DNA of 63,679 nt, filler included. It is 4 parts of 4 records of this genome, joined end to end, with 100 filler letters (N's around TTAATTAATTAA, not from the genome) between each part and the next. Parts side by side here need not be neighbours in the genome. Positions count along the whole stretch, not along the records: positions 55,291 to 63,679 come from DRR378314_1803; 3 more parts are not named here. One strand, written 5' to 3'. Below the pieces are notes generated by a model. The model had not been told where the DNA came from and did not search any database. It was given only the letters and a program-made list of their open reading frames with translations. The position numbers and the translations under genes are program-made. Of this stretch, positions 59,575 through 63,679 are shown in pieces. The first letter of the stretch is position 1; every line of letters starts with the position of its first letter.

Positions 59575-60489
59575 ATGAACATCTTCATCACCGGTGGTAA
59601 CGGCCAGGTCGGCTTTGAATTACAGCGCCAATTTGCCCCTTTCGGCACTATCCTGGCCCCGACACGCCAAGAACTCGACCTAACCAACGCTGAAGCCGTC
59701 GATGTTTATCTTGAAAAACACCAGCCCGGCTTAATACTCAACGCGGCGGCCTACACAGCGGTTGATAAAGCCGAAAGTGAGCCAGAACAAGCGCGGCGCC
59801 TAAACGCCAAACTGCCAGCGCAGTTGGCTAATTATGCAGCGATGCAGGGCATTCCCCTGGTGCATTACTCAACGGATTACGTCTACCCAGGCAACGGCGA
59901 AGCCTCTTGGCAGGAAGACAGCCCCACCGGTCCGCTAAGCGTTTATGGCCAAACCAAGCTGGAAGGGGATGAAGCCGTCGTTAAAAGCGGTGCTAGCCAC
60001 CTGATTTTTCGCACGAGCTGGGTATACGCCGCGCGTGGCAATAACTTTATGAAAACCATGCTACGCCTTGGTCGCGAGCGAGAAGCACTGAACATTGTCA
60101 ACGATCAAATTGGTGCGCCTACCCCCGCACGTCTAATCGCCCAAATTACTGCCCTGGCTTGTACAAATCACCACTCGCCGTCCACTGCTCACCATTCTCT
60201 ATTCACTATTAACATTCCCCAAGGCATCTACCACTTAGCGCCTAGGGGAGAGACAAGTTGGCACGGCTTCGCCAGCGAAATTTTCACCCAAGCCCGTGGA
60301 GCAGGGGAAGCACTAACGATTACGCCTGAAAGCACCGCAGGCATCCCCACGGCAGAATACCCAACACCCGCTAAGCGCCCGCTAAATTCGCGCATGGCGC
60401 TAAGCAAGCTAGAAAACTCACTAGGCATCACCATGCCCACCTGGCAAAGCCAGTTGGGACTGACACTGCGTGAATATCTGGATCGATAG
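59575..60489 (+). CDS. rfbD: dTDP-4-dehydrorhamnose reductase
   Basis: GGNGQVG, NAAAYTAVDKAE, HYSTDYV, YGQTKLEG, DQIGAPT, TPAKRP. Confidence 0.97.
   Translation: MNIFITGGNGQVGFELQRQFAPFGTILAPTRQELDLTNAEAVDVYLEKHQPGLILNAAAYTAVDKAESEPEQARRLNAKLPAQLANYAAMQGIPLVHYSTDYVYPGNGEASWQEDSPTGPLSVYGQTKLEGDEAVVKSGASHLIFRTSWVYAARGNNFMKTMLRLGREREALNIVNDQIGAPTPARLIAQITALACTNHHSPSTAHHSLFTINIPQGIYHLAPRGETSWHGFASEIFTQARGAGEALTITPESTAGIPTAEYPTPAKRPLNSRMALSKLENSLGITMPTWQSQLGLTLREYLDR
60161..60216 (+). repeat. Degenerate heptamer array lying in frame inside rfbD
   Basis: GTACAAA TCACCAC TCGCCGT CCACTGC TCACCAT TCTCTAT TCACTAT TAACATT; translated as TNHHSPSTAHHSLFTINI. Confidence 0.78.
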
Positions 60490-60507
60490 CCCGATCGTTA
60501 GCAAGTC

Positions 60508-60600
60508 ATGCAAAAACAGCCTTGCGTATACATAATGGCCAGCAGAAAACGCGGCACACTTTATATCGGTGTGACCAGCAACTTGGCCCAGCGAGCATGA
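60508..60600 (+). pseudogene. Truncated GIY-YIG nuclease (30 codons)
   Basis: Manual translation MQKQPCVYIMASRKRGTLYIGVTSNLAQRA*; VYI...LYIG.T..L..R signature. Confidence 0.8.
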
Positions 60601-60656
60601 CAGAACGTCGGGCACGCGGTAATGACAGAACGTCGAGCGCGTGGGAACGACAGAAC
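60597..60656 (+). repeat. 25-bp tandem repeat (about 2.4 copies) starting at the GIY-YIG stop
   Basis: ATGACAGAACGTCGGGCACGCGGTA / ATGACAGAACGTCGAGCGCGTGGGA / ACGACAGAAC. Confidence 0.8.
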
Positions 60657-60669
60657 AAAAGGTTAATGA

Positions 60670-61572
60670 ATGACTATGAGTCAAAGTACACCAAGGAAAG
60701 GCATTATTCTTGCCGGTGGCTCGGGTACGCGGTTGCATCCTATTACCCGCGGTGTATCTAAGCAGCTACTGCCTATCTACGATAAGCCGATGATCTACTA
60801 CCCGATCTCGGTACTCATGCTGGCAGGTATTCGAGAAATCTTAATTATCTCAACGCCGGAAGACTTACCGCAGTATCAAAACTTGCTAGGTACCGGCGAA
60901 GACTTCGGTATTAGCCTGGAATACGCAGAGCAGCCTAGCCCTGACGGCCTAGCGCAGGCGTTTATTATTGGCGAAGAATTCATTGGTGACAGCCCGGTGT
61001 GCCTAGTGCTAGGCGATAACATCTTCCATGGGCAGCACTTCTCTGATCAGCTAAAACGCGCCAGCTCATATACCTCCGGTGCGACGGTATTTGGTTATCT
61101 AGTCAAAGATCCCGAGCGTTTTGGTGTTGTAGAATTTGATGAAAATAGCAACGCTATTTCCATTGAAGAAAAGCCCCTCAAGCCCAAGTCCGCCTACGCG
61201 GTGACCGGCCTGTATTTCTACGATAACGATGTTGTTGAAATCGCCAAAAACGTAATGCCTTCAGAGCGTGGCGAGCTGGAAATTACCAGTGTGAATAACG
61301 CCTATCTAAAGCGTGGCGATTTACGCGTAGAACGCCTTGGGCGCGGCTTTGCCTGGCTAGACACCGGTACCCACGACAGCTTGCTAGAAGCCAGCCAATA
61401 CGTGCAAACCATAGAGCACCGCCAAGGTCTTAAAATCGCCTGTCTAGAAGAGATTGCTTGGCAGCACCAGTGGATTAGCGATGAGCGCCTAGCTGAACTC
61501 GCCAAACCACTTGCCAAAACGCAATACGGCCAATACCTACAGCGCCTACTCAAAACGAAAGGTAACAAGTAA
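60670..61572 (+). CDS. rfbA: Glucose-1-phosphate thymidylyltransferase
   Basis: [43 protein letters not shown]. Confidence 0.97.
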   Translation: MTMSQSTPRKGIILAGGSGTRLHPITRGVSKQLLPIYDKPMIYYPISVLMLAGIREILIISTPEDLPQYQNLLGTGEDFGISLEYAEQPSPDGLAQAFIIGEEFIGDSPVCLVLGDNIFHGQHFSDQLKRASSYTSGATVFGYLVKDPERFGVVEFDENSNAISIEEKPLKPKSAYAVTGLYFYDNDVVEIAKNVMPSERGELEITSVNNAYLKRGDLRVERLGRGFAWLDTGTHDSLLEASQYVQTIEHRQGLKIACLEEIAWQHQWISDERLAELAKPLAKTQYGQYLQRLLKTKGNK

Positions 61573-61648
61573 GGAGTGAGTAGTGAGGAGAAAGTAATCT
61601 TACCCCTCACGCCTTACATCAAGCTCCTCATCCTTCACCGCTCACGGT
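61555..61648. repeat. Inverted pair of heptamer arrays with no ORF between them, at the rfbA-rfbC junction
   Basis: ACGAAAG GTAACAA GTAAGGA GTGAGTA GTGAGGA GAAAGTA ATC TTACCCC TCACGCC TTACATC AAGCTCC TCATCCT TCACCGC TCACGGT. Confidence 0.8.
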
Positions 61649-61654
61649 TTAGAT

Positions 61655-62200
61655 ATGCAATACGAAAAACTCGCCATTCCTGATGTTGTGCTCATTACCC
61701 CCCAAGTGTTCGGCGATGAGCGTGGTTTCTTTATGGAGACCTTTCGCCAAAGTGAATTCGAAGCCCACTGTGGCCGCTACGCGTTTGTGCAAGATAACCA
61801 CAGTAAATCCACCCATGGCATTCTCCGAGGGCTGCACTACCAGCACCAACAACCGCAGGGTAAATTAGTGCGGGTAACCCAGGGGGAGGTCTTCGATGTG
61901 GCGGTGGACATGCGCCAAAGCTCACCCACCTATGGCCAGTGGGTAGGCGCAACACTCAGTGAACAAAACAAGCAGATGCTTTGGGTTCCCCCCGGTTTCG
62001 CCCACGGCTTTTATGTCACCAGCGAAACGGCTGAGTTTCAGTACAAATGTACCGATTACTACGCCCCTGGGGATGAAGTGTCTATTTTATGGAACGACCC
62101 GCAACTGGCTATTCAATGGCCTACCCAAGGCCAGATGCCCCAGCTTTCTGCAAAAGATGAGCAAGGGCTTGCTTTTAAAGCCGCGCCAGCTTTTGACTAA
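61655..62200 (+). CDS. rfbC: dTDP-4-dehydrorhamnose 3,5-epimerase
   Basis: FGDERGFFMETF, VQDNHSKS, LRGLHYQ, PPGFAHGF, YKCTDYY. Confidence 0.97.
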   Translation: MQYEKLAIPDVVLITPQVFGDERGFFMETFRQSEFEAHCGRYAFVQDNHSKSTHGILRGLHYQHQQPQGKLVRVTQGEVFDVAVDMRQSSPTYGQWVGATLSEQNKQMLWVPPGFAHGFYVTSETAEFQYKCTDYYAPGDEVSILWNDPQLAIQWPTQGQMPQLSAKDEQGLAFKAAPAFD

Positions 62201-62241
62201 AAACGATGAGCTAACGAACACACTCAAGCTGAAGTGAACGA

Positions 62242-63564
62242 ATGAACATAACGGTTTTTGGTACAGGTTACGTAGGGCTTGTTACAGGTACATGCCTAGC
62301 AGAAGCAGGTCATCACGTTATATGTGTCGATGTGGATGAGCAAAAAATAGCCCAGTTAAACCAAGGCATCATCCCCATTTATGAACCTGGCCTAGAAGCC
62401 ATGGTGAGGCATAACGGCGAGGACGGCAGGCTCACGTTCACCACCGATGCAGCACAAGCGGTACAATTTGGTACCCTGCAATTTATAGCGGTAGGAACGC
62501 CTGCTGATGAAGATGGCAGTGCCGATTTACAGTACGTGCTGAATGTAGCCGAAACGATTGCTCAGCATATGGACGGCTACAAAGTTGTTATTGATAAATC
62601 GACTGTGCCAGTTGGTACCGCTGAAAAAGTACGCGATACCATTGCAGAAACGCTCAGCAGTTTAGGTAAAGATTACACCTTTGATGTATGTTCCAACCCT
62701 GAATTTCTCAAGGAAGGGGCTGCGATAGAAGACTTTACCCGGGGCGCTCGGATTGTGGTGGGTACTGACAGCCCCCACGTAGAAAAGCTAATGCGCGAAT
62801 GCTATGCCCCGTACAACCGCAATCATGAAAAAATGCTGTTTATGGATGTGCGCAGTGCCGAGCTGACCAAGTATGCCGCTAACGCCATGCTAGCCACTAA
62901 AATCAGCTTCATGAACGAAATAGCGAATCTCGCTGAACGCCTGGGCGCCGATATTGAGCAGGTGCGCCAAGGCATAGGTTCCGACCCGCGTATTGGCTAC
63001 CATTTTATTTACCCCGGCTGCGGTTATGGCGGCTCCTGCTTCCCTAAAGATGTTCAAGCGCTTGCCCGCACCGCTGGACTGGCAGGCTACTCTGCTGAAC
63101 TGTTGAAAGCCGTCGAAAGTGTCAATGAACGGCAAAAACAGACGCTGTTCACCAAGCTAAGCAATGCCCTTGATGGGCAGTTGCACGGCAAAAAAATCGC
63201 TGTATGGGGGCTTGCCTTCAAGCCGAATACCGATGATATGCGGGAAGCACCCAGCCGCGTATTAATGGAAGCGTTATGGGAAGCCGGTGCCCAGGTACGA
63301 GCGTTCGACCCTAAAGCGATGGAAGAAGCAGCCCGCATCTATGGCAGTCGTGAAGGCTTAACGTTATGTAAGCGAATGGAAGATACCGTCATCGATGCAG
63401 ATGCACTGGTGATTTGTACCGAGTGGCAGCAATTTCGAGCAGTAGACTTAACGTGGTTGGCTAATCAATTAAAAGGCGGTGTGGTCATTGATGGGCGTAA
63501 TCTTTACAACCCCAAGGAAGCCAAAGCCGTTAATTTACGCTACATATCGGTAGGCCGAGCATAG
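62242..63564 (+). CDS. ugd: UDP-glucose 6-dehydrogenase
   Basis: [40 protein letters not shown]. Confidence 0.95.
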   Translation: MNITVFGTGYVGLVTGTCLAEAGHHVICVDVDEQKIAQLNQGIIPIYEPGLEAMVRHNGEDGRLTFTTDAAQAVQFGTLQFIAVGTPADEDGSADLQYVLNVAETIAQHMDGYKVVIDKSTVPVGTAEKVRDTIAETLSSLGKDYTFDVCSNPEFLKEGAAIEDFTRGARIVVGTDSPHVEKLMRECYAPYNRNHEKMLFMDVRSAELTKYAANAMLATKISFMNEIANLAERLGADIEQVRQGIGSDPRIGYHFIYPGCGYGGSCFPKDVQALARTAGLAGYSAELLKAVESVNERQKQTLFTKLSNALDGQLHGKKIAVWGLAFKPNTDDMREAPSRVLMEALWEAGAQVRAFDPKAMEEAARIYGSREGLTLCKRMEDTVIDADALVICTEWQQFRAVDLTWLANQLKGGVVIDGRNLYNPKEAKAVNLRYISVGRA

Positions 63565-63632
63565 CGCGGCTAAATAGAGCAGTGCTATTGCGCTCTTAAT
63601 TTTGTTCAAGCACTCAGGACTCACTGCCTATT

Positions 63633-63679
63633 GTAGGAGGCCGCTTTAGCGGTGGTCCGACATCTCGGCGATGGCGGCG
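63633..63679 (+). repeat. Possible start of a further GTAG-type REP element
   Basis: GTAGGAGG followed by the CCGC-TTTA-GCGG hairpin; cut by the window end. Confidence 0.45.

Noticed and set aside
62201-62241. rfbC-ugd spacer (ACGATGA, ACGAACA, GTGAACG) as a decayed heptamer arm
   Set aside because: Too few units and no consistent register.
1-63679. tRNA, rRNA, IS transposase, integrase or prophage genes
   Set aside because: None recognised by eye or in the ORF track. A covariance-model search would be needed to exclude small RNAs.

Overview
The window is not one continuous locus. It is four contigs joined by 100-bp artificial linkers (N-run, TTAATTAATTAA, N-run) at 8108-8207, 27429-27528 and 55191-55290. 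Contigs 1 (1-8107) and 3 (27529-55190) look alphaproteobacterial (Roseobacter group, Ruegeria-like). They carry rpsR-rplI, a luxR/luxI pair beside tig, a porin, nnr, glnB, a formate dehydrogenase 3' end, tamAB, a purine/urate catabolic cluster, truA, ycjXF and ileS. Contigs 2 (8208-27428) and 4 (55291-63679) look gammaproteobacterial (Halomonas-like). Contig 2 is the housekeeping run hflX-hfq-miaA-mutL-amiB-tsaE-nnr-queG-orn-rsgA-rhodanese-psd-epmA-efp-epmB, followed by leuA, a BacNav-type channel and mrpA/phaA. Contig 4 is a capsule/dTDP-rhamnose locus. The taxonomic calls are inferences from gene order and protein style. The most interesting signal is in contig 4. A four-helix-bundle (S23/IVP, Avd-like) gene is bracketed by inverted arrays of 7-nt repeats (GTGANNN on the left, TCACNNN on the right). 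The same heptamer arrays recur as an ORF-less inverted pair between rfbA and rfbC and as in-frame tracts inside rfbB and rfbD. GTAG-type REP elements and a truncated GIY-YIG nuclease occupy other junctions. I suggest this is a small repeat-bounded mobile or RNA-level element that colonises polysaccharide operons; that reading is a hypothesis and no searches could be run.
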